Shown here one piece after another: positions 55,174-64,000 of a stretch of DNA of 64,000 bases. Every line of letters begins with the position of its first letter. Position 1 is the stretch's first letter. A program made the translations under genes and the position numbers. The stretch spans positions 51,910 through 115,909 of the IMG/VR virus record IMGVR_UViG_3300033073_000160, one strand, 5' to 3'. This stretch comes from a virus (lineage: Duplodnaviria > Caudoviricetes). Under the pieces are notes generated by a model. The model was not told the origin of the DNA. It saw only the letters and a list, made by a program, of their open reading frames with translations, and ran no database searches.

Positions 55174-56247
55174 ATGAAAGTATTAGACGTTATTAGCGAA
55201 GGAATAACCTCACGCTACATAGCAAAAGAAGTAGTAGATCAGATTGCTAAGAGCTGGTTAAAGGAAATTAAACTTTACAAGCAAGAATTCGGTGTGATTC
55301 CTAAATTAGATGAACTAATTGATTTTGCGCCCGCTGAAAAACTAACTAAAGAAAAAGCCATAGCCCGTGATCCCGAAATTCAACAAAAGGCCTATAAAGA
55401 AGCTATACGACTGTTCAAAGAGCAGGAACGTGCTAAAGGTTTACAATCAATCGATAAAAGTCTTTCAAAAGCTGGTTTAAAACTTGCAGAAATGGCTGGC
55501 TGGTTTGCTTGGTTCCTTAAATGGGGATCTAGACTTGCCATGGTATACGAACTTGGCGCTGCATGGAGAACTTACGAAGAACAACTCCAGTTAGCATTAG
55601 AAGATTTAAGCTCTGGAGCAATCGACGGCCCACAATTTAAAACACTTCACGATCGAATTTTAATTCAATTTTATACTGCCGCTGGCGCTACAATTGCCGT
55701 AGCCGGTATTGGCGGACTGGCTAGAGCAGGATTAAAAGGAGCAGAAATAGTAGCAGCTCTTAAAAACGGCCGCTTTATTAGAGATATTATTGCAGTTAAT
55801 CCTGCTGACAAGTTCTTTACAAATTTAACTAAATCAATTGCACCTGCTGGGGTTGTTGCATTAGCTGAACTATTAGATTCTGATTGGGGTAGACAGCAAA
55901 TGGTTTATTATCTTACAGCAGAAGGAATGGAAGAAGGCGGTGTTAAGCTAAGTCCAACTTGGTCCGGAACAATAATAGAAAAAGTATTAGCAAACACTGA
56001 ACACTTTAAGAAAAAAGCATTAGAAGCAGCTAGCAAAGGCGGGTCGGCAGACAAGATTCCTCCAAGTGTTCGTCCTAAAGAAAAACAACAGCCAAATGAT
56101 GCACAGCCTCCAGCCGCAAGCAATGCGCCGGCAGCTGGGTCGCAAGCTTCAGACGACCACGAAGAAGAGCCTCCAGTAAGCGGGGGCACTCCTACTCGTC
56201 CAAATCAAGGAGCACAAGCAGCTGGAACTAGCTCAGATTGGAAATAA
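55174..56247 (+). CDS. late hypothetical protein, possible internal virion/ejection protein
   Basis: Late promoter; N-terminal VISE motif; hydrophobic helices; Pro/Ala-rich tail. Confidence 0.6.
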   Translation: MKVLDVISEGITSRYIAKEVVDQIAKSWLKEIKLYKQEFGVIPKLDELIDFAPAEKLTKEKAIARDPEIQQKAYKEAIRLFKEQERAKGLQSIDKSLSKAGLKLAEMAGWFAWFLKWGSRLAMVYELGAAWRTYEEQLQLALEDLSSGAIDGPQFKTLHDRILIQFYTAAGATIAVAGIGGLARAGLKGAEIVAALKNGRFIRDIIAVNPADKFFTNLTKSIAPAGVVALAELLDSDWGRQQMVYYLTAEGMEEGGVKLSPTWSGTIIEKVLANTEHFKKKALEAASKGGSADKIPPSVRPKEKQQPNDAQPPAASNAPAAGSQASDDHEEEPPVSGGTPTRPNQGAQAAGTSSDWK

Positions 56248-56251
56248 TACT

Positions 56252-56587
56252 ATGCCAAGAAACGTAATTGTTAAATTTGATAAAGGTGAACCGCACACTT
56301 ATAAGAAAGTGCCGGATAGTGTTTCTATTGATGAAGTAAAAAAGAAAGCAGCTCAAGAGTTTCCAGATAGAAAAGTTGTTGGAGTTACTGAGCAACCTTA
56401 TATCCTTGCCCCAAATCCTGCTCCTGGAGGAAAAGAAAAGCCTTCAGTTGACATAGATAAGAGCTCAGATGCACCGGGAAAGTCTGAACCTCAGGACGAT
56501 CGAAAGGACTACAGAGCCGACTTTCCAAATCTGTATACGCCACCGGGATTTATTCGTAACAAGCGCGGCGATTTAATTTACTATTAA
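56252..56587 (+). CDS. hypothetical protein
   Basis: Follows 55174..56247 after a 4-nt gap. Confidence 0.65.
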   Translation: MPRNVIVKFDKGEPHTYKKVPDSVSIDEVKKKAAQEFPDRKVVGVTEQPYILAPNPAPGGKEKPSVDIDKSSDAPGKSEPQDDRKDYRADFPNLYTPPGFIRNKRGDLIYY

Positions 56588-56817
56588 ATCAGCGGCATAC
56601 GTGCTTCGATAGTAGTTTTAATATTATCGTTAATAATACTGTTAATCATAGCGCGGTCTTCATGAGAATATGTATGAAGCAAGTCTTCCATCTGGACTCC
56701 GCCGCGCATATACCAACTAATTTTAAACAGTTCGTGTTTAAATTCTTTTGATTCCGCTTCAAGCCTGATTAGATATTCTGAAATTTCTTCGTCAGACGAC
56801 TTAATCAGGCGTTGTCG
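56584..56817 (-). CDS. 77-codon -1-frame extension of gp26-like gene (gp51-position); not in ORF track
   Basis: Open frame RQRLIKSSDEEISEYLIRLEAESKEFKHELFKISWYMRGG...RMPLI* beginning at the slippery site 56817-56823. Confidence 0.7.
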   Translation of the reverse strand, partial: RQRLIKSSDEEISEYLIRLEAESKEFKHELFKISWYMRGGVQMEDLLHTYSHEDRAMINSIINDNIKTTIEARMPLI

Positions 56818-57632
56818 AAAAAACTTGCTTGATCCAATTCTACTCTTAAAAGATTTTCAGATTCACATTCTTCGCACTTAACTGGCATTGCAGGTGTTTT
56901 CCAAGTTTCATTATTGCGATCGATAACTTTCTTAATAGCATCAAACGTAGACTTATCTGCATTATCTAGCCATTCAATAATATAAACTCGTTCGCTTACT
57001 GAGCTACCAGGAATATCTATTGAATCAATACCTGCTGCAAAGATTTCGTTTCTTAACACACCTAACTGCTTATACAAATCTGCAATAACTTGCTGTCTTT
57101 CAAGTTCGTCTTCTATGGAACCAGATTGTTGCAATGTCTTTTGCATGGCATAATTCTTTAATGCAAAGTCGCTAACTTGTTTATAATTTAAAGGTTGTAA
57201 TTTGACTATTAGGTCGTTAACAACAACCTTACTTTCATATTCGCAACGACTAAAATGATCAATAATCTGTGCTAGTTCAATATCATACGAATTTTCATGT
57301 CCGCAATTTGGACAAGTATGAATAACACCCATGGTGTTACCAAACGTTGCAATACGGATTGCAGCTAATACTAAATCAGTATCTAAGTTTGATAATTGCC
57401 ATGCATCCTTAATAGACGGACAGCAACTTTCAATTACCTTAACAACACTATCTCCAGTGAGTAACGCATCTGGAGTCTTCATAATAATTTCATCCATGCC
57501 TGTCATGCCATAAACTGGCAAATTGCTCACATCACCTTGAATAACTCCGGGTGTGTTATAAACACCTTTTGAAGGTAAGCTGATGAAGATTTTTGGTTGT
57601 CTAAAATACTTCTGTAGCGGGTTTTGTGCCAT
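56805..57632 (-). CDS. gp26: baseplate hub assembly / tail assembly chaperone (gp26-like)
   Basis: LPSKG, MTGMDEI, LAAIRIAT, CPNC and CEEC zinc motifs, C-terminal ...SFF. Confidence 0.8.
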   Translation of the reverse strand: MAQNPLQKYFRQPKIFISLPSKGVYNTPGVIQGDVSNLPVYGMTGMDEIIMKTPDALLTGDSVVKVIESCCPSIKDAWQLSNLDTDLVLAAIRIATFGNTMGVIHTCPNCGHENSYDIELAQIIDHFSRCEYESKVVVNDLIVKLQPLNYKQVSDFALKNYAMQKTLQQSGSIEDELERQQVIADLYKQLGVLRNEIFAAGIDSIDIPGSSVSERVYIIEWLDNADKSTFDAIKKVIDRNNETWKTPAMPVKCEECESENLLRVELDQASFFDNA

Positions 57633-57645
57633 GGTCTAACTCCAG

Positions 57646-57670
57646 ATAAATATACTATAAGGTATTTATA
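57646..57670. promoter_or_regulatory. face-to-face late promoters
   Basis: ATAAATA on + (57646-57652) and TATAAATA on - (57663-57670). Confidence 0.65.
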
Positions 57671-57696
57671 TACGTATATTTTAGGATTTTTTTATT

Positions 57697-60111
57697 ATGG
57701 GCGATCCGATCACCAAAGCAGAGATGGAAGAGCTGTTGCGCAACCAAGCTCGCGAATTTGCAGGTTTGTTAAAAGGCAACAACTTTTCAGGATCTTCGTC
57801 TACACCCACTCCATCGCCATCGAGCAGTAGCAGCGGCAGCGGCATTGGCGGATTAATAGCTGATACAGCATCGGGCTCGATAAAGTTACTAGGTTCAACT
57901 GCTGAAGAAACTGTAAAAGCAGTTGCAGCATTAGGAACAGGATCTTATGGCGCTAGAGATGCGTTAACTAGTTTTACCAATGTTGTTAGTAAGGTAGCAC
58001 CCGACTTTGGCGGAATAATGGGAAAGATGGGCGGCGCTGTCCTCGATGCCAACGACAGATTAAGAGAAAGTGGTAAAGTTGGCGTTGATTTTGCAGGCGA
58101 TCTAGGAAGAGCAAATAAAGCAGTTGTAGACTCTGGTGCAAGTCAACAGCAGTTTGCAGACGAGATGCGTAAGAACGCAACGCAATATTCAGGCGCTGGC
58201 GTTACAATGAATAAAGCTATTGAGAACGTCTTAGGATTCTCAAGAGATCTACAAGAAACTCCGGCAATTGAAATGATGAAAAAAGCCGGCACTACTCAGA
58301 ACGAAGTTGCTGAGTTAGCGATGATCTCAATGAAAGAGCGTCGTGGTATTGACCTAAATGACAAAGAAGCTAGACAGCAAATGTTGGAAAACACTATTGC
58401 GTTGTCAGGCGAAATGAACGAAGTTGCTCGACTAACGGGAGTAAGCCGTCAGGAGCAAATGGCTAAACTAGCCAAAGACAAAGAAAACGTAATGGTTCAA
58501 GCTGAACTAATGGGCATGGATAAGGATGCTACTAACCGTTACGACATGCTAAAAACTAAACTAGGACCATTGGGCGATAGTGTTAGCAAACTTGCAGATG
58601 AAATTTTCACCGGAGGTATTAGAACCAAAGAAGGTGCCGACCGTATGGCAGCACTAGGACCTGCAGGTAAAGCATTTGAACAAGCGGTGTTAATGCAAAA
58701 GAATGCAACTACACAAGCACAAAAAGATGCTGCTGCGGCTGCAATGGAGAAAGCCAAAGCGGATATTGCAGCATACCAACAGACTGAACAATTCCGAAGT
58801 CAAATTAAGCTAGATAGAAGCTCAGTTGGCGATGAAGCTCGAAAGCAAATGGCCGAAAACAGAGAGCTAAAAGGTCGTATGACTGCTGAAGCAACAGCAA
58901 CTAGTGCAGCAAAAGCAGAAGGTAAGCCAGCCGCAACTCCTGAGGAAATTCAGCAGGCTCGCATTAATCAGGTAAGACAGGACACAGCTAGAGTTGGACC
59001 AGACGGTAAACCATTAGCGGGCTCTGCAATTAGTAGTGCAGTAAATCAATTTGATCAACGATTATTCCAAGAAAGTAAGGTAGCAGCTGACTTATTTCAT
59101 CAGTTAAACACCGAAGTTGGCGGATATATTCGAGATAGCAAGAAACTACAAGATCAATTAAATCCTAGAGTAAAGGTGGGCGGCGAAAATGTTAGACGTG
59201 AAGCTACTAAAGACGGCACAGCACTTGGGGCAATTGAAAACACAGTTAGAGATACAATCAGAGACGAGATTCAAAATCTTCCAGAACCTCAAACCGGGCA
59301 ATCTGCACCAGGAGTAAGCTCAACAAGAAGGAGTCGAACAACTCCTCAGTCAAACCAACAAGAAACTCCACAAACTGAAGAAGCACGCCCTGTTACTTCA
59401 ACTAGAAGGCGTCCCGCAGAAGCTAGGGCAGACGGCGGCCCTGTGGAACCAGGTGTGCCTTATTGGGTAGGTGAAGAAGGTCCTGAGCTAGTAAAATTTG
59501 ACACTAAGTCAACAGTAGTGCCAACTGATCAAGTTCCTACAGCTGGAAAAGAAAGTGCGATACCTTCAATACCAGATTTTGGCAGCATGTTTGCAGATAC
59601 TATGCCCGACCTAAGTGCATTAAAAGATAAAATGCCTGATATGTCTACTATGTTTGCAGACATGGTTCCTGATTTGAGCACATTAAAGGAAAAAATGCCC
59701 GACATGTCTACTATGTTCGGGGATATGGTTCCTGACACAGAACTTATTAAAAAATCATTACCCGACTTTGATTCACTAATGGGCGATATGTCTGCTAGCA
59801 TTGCCGACAGCTCAACCGCGGCAATAGATAATGTTAAGCTAGATGCAATTTCTAAAGTTGATGCAGCCAAAAAAGAAACTACATTTGATGAATTCGGATC
59901 AGAAGTAGAAAAGAAACCTGCACCTGAGCCTACTCCAACGCCACCGGCACCACTAGTTGCCGAAGGTGCTACTCTATCTGACATCAAAGAACAGTTAGTT
60001 GAGTTAAATACAGCAGTATTACAATTAATAGCACACTCTGCCCAAACTGCTGAAAATTCAGGTGCCGCAGTAAAAGCTACTAAAGATCTAAGCGGGAACC
60101 TATATACATAA
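57697..60111 (+). CDS. tape-measure-like protein
   Basis: Ala-rich helical body; RADGGPV...YWVGEEGPEL motif typical of tape-measure C-terminal regions; adjacent to the chaperone gene. Confidence 0.7.
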   Translation: MGDPITKAEMEELLRNQAREFAGLLKGNNFSGSSSTPTPSPSSSSSGSGIGGLIADTASGSIKLLGSTAEETVKAVAALGTGSYGARDALTSFTNVVSKVAPDFGGIMGKMGGAVLDANDRLRESGKVGVDFAGDLGRANKAVVDSGASQQQFADEMRKNATQYSGAGVTMNKAIENVLGFSRDLQETPAIEMMKKAGTTQNEVAELAMISMKERRGIDLNDKEARQQMLENTIALSGEMNEVARLTGVSRQEQMAKLAKDKENVMVQAELMGMDKDATNRYDMLKTKLGPLGDSVSKLADEIFTGGIRTKEGADRMAALGPAGKAFEQAVLMQKNATTQAQKDAAAAAMEKAKADIAAYQQTEQFRSQIKLDRSSVGDEARKQMAENRELKGRMTAEATATSAAKAEGKPAATPEEIQQARINQVRQDTARVGPDGKPLAGSAISSAVNQFDQRLFQESKVAADLFHQLNTEVGGYIRDSKKLQDQLNPRVKVGGENVRREATKDGTALGAIENTVRDTIRDEIQNLPEPQTGQSAPGVSSTRRSRTTPQSNQQETPQTEEARPVTSTRRRPAEARADGGPVEPGVPYWVGEEGPELVKFDTKSTVVPTDQVPTAGKESAIPSIPDFGSMFADTMPDLSALKDKMPDMSTMFADMVPDLSTLKEKMPDMSTMFGDMVPDTELIKKSLPDFDSLMGDMSASIADSSTAAIDNVKLDAISKVDAAKKETTFDEFGSEVEKKPAPEPTPTPPAPLVAEGATLSDIKEQLVELNTAVLQLIAHSAQTAENSGAAVKATKDLSGNLYT
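59569..59790 (+). repeat. 3.5 copies of a 63-nt (21-aa, 11+10) tandem repeat
   Basis: IPDFGSMFADT/MPDLSALKDK/MPDMSTMFADM/VPDLSTLKEK/MPDMSTMFGDM/VPDTELIKKS/LPDFDSLMGDM. Confidence 0.85.
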
Positions 60112-61838
60112 TGACTTGGAAAAAATACTTTTCACCAGTGCCGGTAGGCAGCAGAAGTAACCTCTCTCCTATGGGAAGTTCAGCAAATCCTGGACCAGCA
60201 CGAGCAAATTATTCCAGTTATTTGCCGGATGTTTACACAGGTAGCCCAAATAGATTAGAGCGTTACCAGCAATATGAAACTATGGACAGTGATCCAGAAG
60301 TTAATGCGGCGTTAGATATTCTTGCAGAATTCTGCACACAAAAACTTAAAGACGGTCAAAGCGCATTTAAAATAAATTGGCGTCACAAAGCTACTAACAG
60401 CGAAGTAAAAATTCTTAGCGAATACTTACAACACTGGAATAAGTTAAATCAATTTGACACACGTATTTTCCGTGTTGTCCGTAACACATTTAAGTTCGGT
60501 GATTGCTTCTTTATTCGCGATCCTGAAACACAAAAGTGGGTTTATATTGATGCAGGTAAAGTTACTAAAATTATTGTTAACGAAAGTGACGGTAAAAAAC
60601 CTGAACAGTATATTATTAAAGATTTAAATCCTAACTTTGAAAAATTAATCGTTACGCAAATTACAACGACTATTAAAACAACCACTCCTGCAGGCGGTGC
60701 CCAAGGCACAACTTATGTAAGTGGTGGTGCAGCAAATAGAGGCGCAAACGGAGCGTATCCTACTAGCACCGGCGGACGTTTTGGCATGATGGAAGGCGAA
60801 CATGCAATCGATGCTAAACACGTTATTCATTTGTCGTTATCAGAAGGATTAGATAACAATTATCCGTTTGGCAATAGTTTATTAGAAAACATTTTTAAAG
60901 TATACAAGCAGAAAGAATTGCTTGAAGACGCTATTCTAATCTATCGCATACAACGTGCTCCAGAACGCAGAGTATTCCATATTGACGTTGGTAATATGCC
61001 AAGTCACTTGGCTATGGCATTCGTTGAGCGTGTTAAAAACGAAATACATCAAAGACGTATCCCTAGCCAAACAGGCGGTGGACAAAACGTTATTGATAGT
61101 GCTTATAACCCGTTAAGTATTAACGAAGACTACTTTTTCCCTACAACCGCTGAAGGACGTGGATCCAAAGTTGAGACACTACCAGGCGGCACTAATTTAG
61201 GCGAAATTGATGACTTGAAATACTTTACTAACAAGCTATTCCGTGGCTTGCGTATTCCAAGTTCATACCTACCAACCGGCGCAGATGACTCTCAAAACAG
61301 TTATAATGATGGTCGTGTAGGCACTGCATATATTCAAGAACTACGTTTTAACAAGTATTGCGAACGCTTACAAAGTTTAATTCAGCAAGTTTTTGATCAG
61401 GAATTTAAACTTTATATGTATTCACGTGGTGTGAATATTGACTCAAACTTGTTTGAATTGGTGTTTAATCCGCCTTTAAACTTTGCAAGTTCACGCCAAG
61501 CATCATTAGATACAGAACGTATTAATACATTTAATACCATACAAGCAGTCCCTTTTATGTCAAAACGTTTTGCATTACGCAGATTCTTAGGTCTTACAGA
61601 CGAAGAAATTGCAGAAAATGAACGTATGTGGAGTGAAGAACAGGGCAAAGGACAACCTACGCATACTGATGCAGCTGGCGAATTACGATCTGCAGGCTTG
61701 AGTGCAGCCGGTATTGAAGGTGATATTGCTAATATTGAAGACATGACTGGCCCGGACGACTTAGCACCCGATGATGGCACAGGCGCAGCACCTGCCACTC
61801 CTGCACCAGCAGCCACTCCTGCACCACCCGCAGCATAA
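60111..61838 (+). CDS. gp20: portal vertex protein
   Basis: LEDAILIYRIQRAPERRVFHIDVGNMP, EDYFFP...GRGSKVETLPGG-x-NLGEIDDLKYF. Confidence 0.96.
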   Translation: MTWKKYFSPVPVGSRSNLSPMGSSANPGPARANYSSYLPDVYTGSPNRLERYQQYETMDSDPEVNAALDILAEFCTQKLKDGQSAFKINWRHKATNSEVKILSEYLQHWNKLNQFDTRIFRVVRNTFKFGDCFFIRDPETQKWVYIDAGKVTKIIVNESDGKKPEQYIIKDLNPNFEKLIVTQITTTIKTTTPAGGAQGTTYVSGGAANRGANGAYPTSTGGRFGMMEGEHAIDAKHVIHLSLSEGLDNNYPFGNSLLENIFKVYKQKELLEDAILIYRIQRAPERRVFHIDVGNMPSHLAMAFVERVKNEIHQRRIPSQTGGGQNVIDSAYNPLSINEDYFFPTTAEGRGSKVETLPGGTNLGEIDDLKYFTNKLFRGLRIPSSYLPTGADDSQNSYNDGRVGTAYIQELRFNKYCERLQSLIQQVFDQEFKLYMYSRGVNIDSNLFELVFNPPLNFASSRQASLDTERINTFNTIQAVPFMSKRFALRRFLGLTDEEIAENERMWSEEQGKGQPTHTDAAGELRSAGLSAAGIEGDIANIEDMTGPDDLAPDDGTGAAPATPAPAATPAPPAA

Positions 61839-61841
61839 ATA
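61835..61841 (+). promoter_or_regulatory. late promoter overlapping the portal stop codon
   Basis: ATAAATA 5 nt before ATG 61847. Confidence 0.55.
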
Positions 61842-61846
61842 TCATT

Positions 61847-62086
61847 ATGATATTAAGAGAATTGTTTTATATTGATCCCGACACGAAGCAATCGCCAGGC
61901 GAGCTTCGCTACGATGCTGACCGCGATTCTTCACAAATGTATCGTGACGACACACGTAAGACAAGACTTACTCTTAAACAGATTAACGAGTTGAGAAAAG
62001 CAAGTGAGGCGCACTTCTTAGAACAAGAATCTGAATTAGAATTTATTCATTCTATGTATTCAACACCGGCAGCGCCACCGGCTTAA
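61847..62086 (+). CDS. small head-module protein
   Basis: MILRE...TRKTRLTLKQINELRK; lies between portal and scaffold-like genes. Confidence 0.75.
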   Translation: MILRELFYIDPDTKQSPGELRYDADRDSSQMYRDDTRKTRLTLKQINELRKASEAHFLEQESELEFIHSMYSTPAAPPA

Positions 62087-62193
62087 TGAAAAATTTAACA
62101 AAAAACACCTATTTTACACCAATATCTACACCGTTTTTAAACAATAGTGTAAATATATTACAGCCTTGTAACCATTAAACACAGGAGAATCAC

Positions 62194-63030
62194 ATGACTG
62201 ATCGTAATAAATTCGAGCAGATGCTCGAGCTTCTAATTAACGAAGAAACCGAAAAAGCGAAAGAACTATTCCACGATATCGTTGTAGAAAAGTCTCGCGA
62301 AATTTATGAAAGCCTATTAGAATCAGACTTCGAAGAAGAAGAAGTTTCTGAAGAAGGCGAAGAAGAACAAATGCCAGTCGAGGCATTCGGCGACGACGAA
62401 GGCGGCGACGATGAACCAGCTGATGAACCAGCTGACGACGAAGGCGAGTCTGACGAACCAATGGACGGTGGCGAAGACGACATGAGCGACGATGAGCAAA
62501 CAGATCGCATTTTAGATCTAGAAGACGCTCTAGAAGAATTAAAAGCAGAATTTGAACAGCTAATGGCTGGTGAAGAAGGCGAGCCTGAAATGGGCGACGA
62601 GTTTGGTGGCGACGCTACTGACGACTTCATGAGCGATGTTGAAATGGACGAACCAGTTGACGAGTTCGCATTTGAAGAAGCTGAAGAAGAAGCTGAAATT
62701 GAAGAATCAATGATCCGCGAATACGTGGACAAAGTAGCTCTACCAAAGCACGGTGATAACGGACAAAATACTAAGTCAGTTGTTGCTGGTAAGAACGATA
62801 TGGGTGGCACAACTGCTAACATCGTTAAAGGTGGAGAAAGCACAACGGGTGGAACAACAGGTGGTTTATTAAAGCCAACAACAAGCAAGCAAGACGGCGG
62901 AAACGTTAACGTTCCTGGCGCCAAGAGTGCTACAAAGTTGAAGCCAGTTGCAAAAGGCCATGGCGCTGAAAAGAAAGGCACCGGTGATAACGGCGCTAAT
63001 ACAAAAAGCATAATTGGCTCAAGAAAGTAA
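62194..63030 (+). CDS. highly acidic prohead core/scaffold-like protein
   Basis: AGGAG RBS; D/E-rich; several (L/I)-x-E sites; head-module position. Confidence 0.7.
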   Translation: MTDRNKFEQMLELLINEETEKAKELFHDIVVEKSREIYESLLESDFEEEEVSEEGEEEQMPVEAFGDDEGGDDEPADEPADDEGESDEPMDGGEDDMSDDEQTDRILDLEDALEELKAEFEQLMAGEEGEPEMGDEFGGDATDDFMSDVEMDEPVDEFAFEEAEEEAEIEESMIREYVDKVALPKHGDNGQNTKSVVAGKNDMGGTTANIVKGGESTTGGTTGGLLKPTTSKQDGGNVNVPGAKSATKLKPVAKGHGAEKKGTGDNGANTKSIIGSRK

Positions 63031-63031
63031 G

Positions 63032-63661
63032 ATGAAAAATCATCTCCGAGAAAACCTTAGCTTCGATCAAGCGAAAATTGTTGTCGAATCTGATGACAAA
63101 GAAGGTAAGAACCTATACATGTCCGGGATTTGCATCCAGGGCGGTATTCGTAACGCTAACCAGCGTGTTTACCCTGTGAATGAGATTGGCAAGGCTGTCA
63201 AGACCTTAAACGATCAGATTCAAAACGGTTATAGTGTTCTTGGAGAAGTTGATCATCCTGACGATCTAAAAATAAACTTGGACCGTGTGTCGCATATGAT
63301 TGTTAATATGTGGATGGACGGTCCAAACGGTTATGGTAAATTGAAAATTTTACCTACACCAATGGGACAACTAATTCGCACTATGTTAGAAAGTGGTGTG
63401 AAGTTAGGCGTATCAAGTCGCGGATCCGGGAACGTCAAAGATGACGGTTCCGGTGAAGTATCAGATTTTGAGATCATCACTGTAGATATGGTGGCTCAAC
63501 CTAGTGCTCCGGGCGCATATCCAACACCAATTTATGAACACCTTATGAATAATAAGGGCGGCTTCAGAAGCTTACGCATAGCGGAAGAGGTGAGAAATGA
63601 CCCTATGGCACAAAAATATCTCAAAGAGAGTTTATTAGCAATAATAAACAAACTCCAATAA
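63032..63661 (+). CDS. gp21: prohead core protease
   Basis: RNANQRVYP, LGEVDHP, LGVSSRGSG, DMVAQPSAPGA motifs. ATG 63032 is the likely start. Confidence 0.95.
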   Translation: MKNHLRENLSFDQAKIVVESDDKEGKNLYMSGICIQGGIRNANQRVYPVNEIGKAVKTLNDQIQNGYSVLGEVDHPDDLKINLDRVSHMIVNMWMDGPNGYGKLKILPTPMGQLIRTMLESGVKLGVSSRGSGNVKDDGSGEVSDFEIITVDMVAQPSAPGAYPTPIYEHLMNNKGGFRSLRIAEEVRNDPMAQKYLKESLLAIINKLQ

Positions 63662-63674
63662 AGAGGAGAATCAC

Positions 63675-64000
63675 ATGTTGGATGCACTAAAAGGTTTATT
63701 TGAAAACAATGTGATTTCTAATGAGATCAAAGAGAGTATCGAAGCTGCGTTCGAAGCTAGAATCAACGAACAACGCGAACAAGTTACTCATCAATTACGT
63801 GAAGAGTTTGCACAAAAATACGAGCACGATAAAAACTTGATGATTGAAGCTGTTGACAGAATGTTAGCAACTGAATTAGCAAGCGAAATCGGTGAATTCG
63901 CAGAAGATCGTAAACAACTTGCAGAAATGAAAGTTAAGTATGCAAAGAAGATGTCACAAGACGCAGGCGTTATGAAGGAATTCGTAGTCCGTCAGTTGTC
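63675..64000 (+). CDS. gp22: prohead core scaffolding protein (gp22-like), truncated by the window end
   Basis: MLDALKGLFENNVIS...LREEFAQKYEHDK; coiled coil; follows gp21; AGGAG RBS. Confidence 0.8.
   Translation, partial: MLDALKGLFENNVISNEIKESIEAAFEARINEQREQVTHQLREEFAQKYEHDKNLMIEAVDRMLATELASEIGEFAEDRKQLAEMKVKYAKKMSQDAGVMKEFVVRQL

Noticed and set aside
62320-62710. GAA/GAC-rich low-complexity DNA as a repeat element
   Set aside because: Explained by the Asp/Glu-rich coding sequence.

Overview
This 64-kb window is a gene-dense, AT-rich segment of a large T4-superfamily myophage, with gene order reminiscent of RaK2/GAP32-type jumbo phages. It uses the standard genetic code, and I saw no tRNA, CRISPR array or integrase. 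Layout: (1) 1-14.8 kb (+) holds early/metabolic genes: PRTase, HIT, 2OG-Fe(II) oxygenase, folE, queE, RNase H/5'-3' exonuclease, a MoxR AAA+ / VWA-metallopeptidase pair, a methyltransferase-like gene and thyX. (2) 14.8-50.3 kb (-) is a late tail/baseplate module: gp48/54-like, gp53-like, hub, gp5, gp25, gp6, a 4908-aa wedge protein and three paralogous fibres, ending in a six-gene block with four glycosyltransferase-like genes. (3) 50.4-54.7 kb (+) holds gp55, gp47, gp46 and a GIY-YIG nuclease. (4) A ~500-bp ORF-free, highly structured intergenic element follows. (5) 55-64 kb holds a gp26-like gene, a tape-measure-like gene, portal gp20, protease gp21 and scaffold gp22. Most notable observations: a candidate large structured ncRNA (or origin) starting right after the GIY-YIG stop codon; a candidate programmed -1 frameshift (T TTT TTC) extending the gp26-like protein by 77 aa, absent from the ORF track; a late-expressed glycosyltransferase cluster suggesting virion glycosylation; and a perfect sigma70 promoter for gp55 abutting a divergent late promoter. 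All protein assignments come from motif recognition and synteny, not from database searches.
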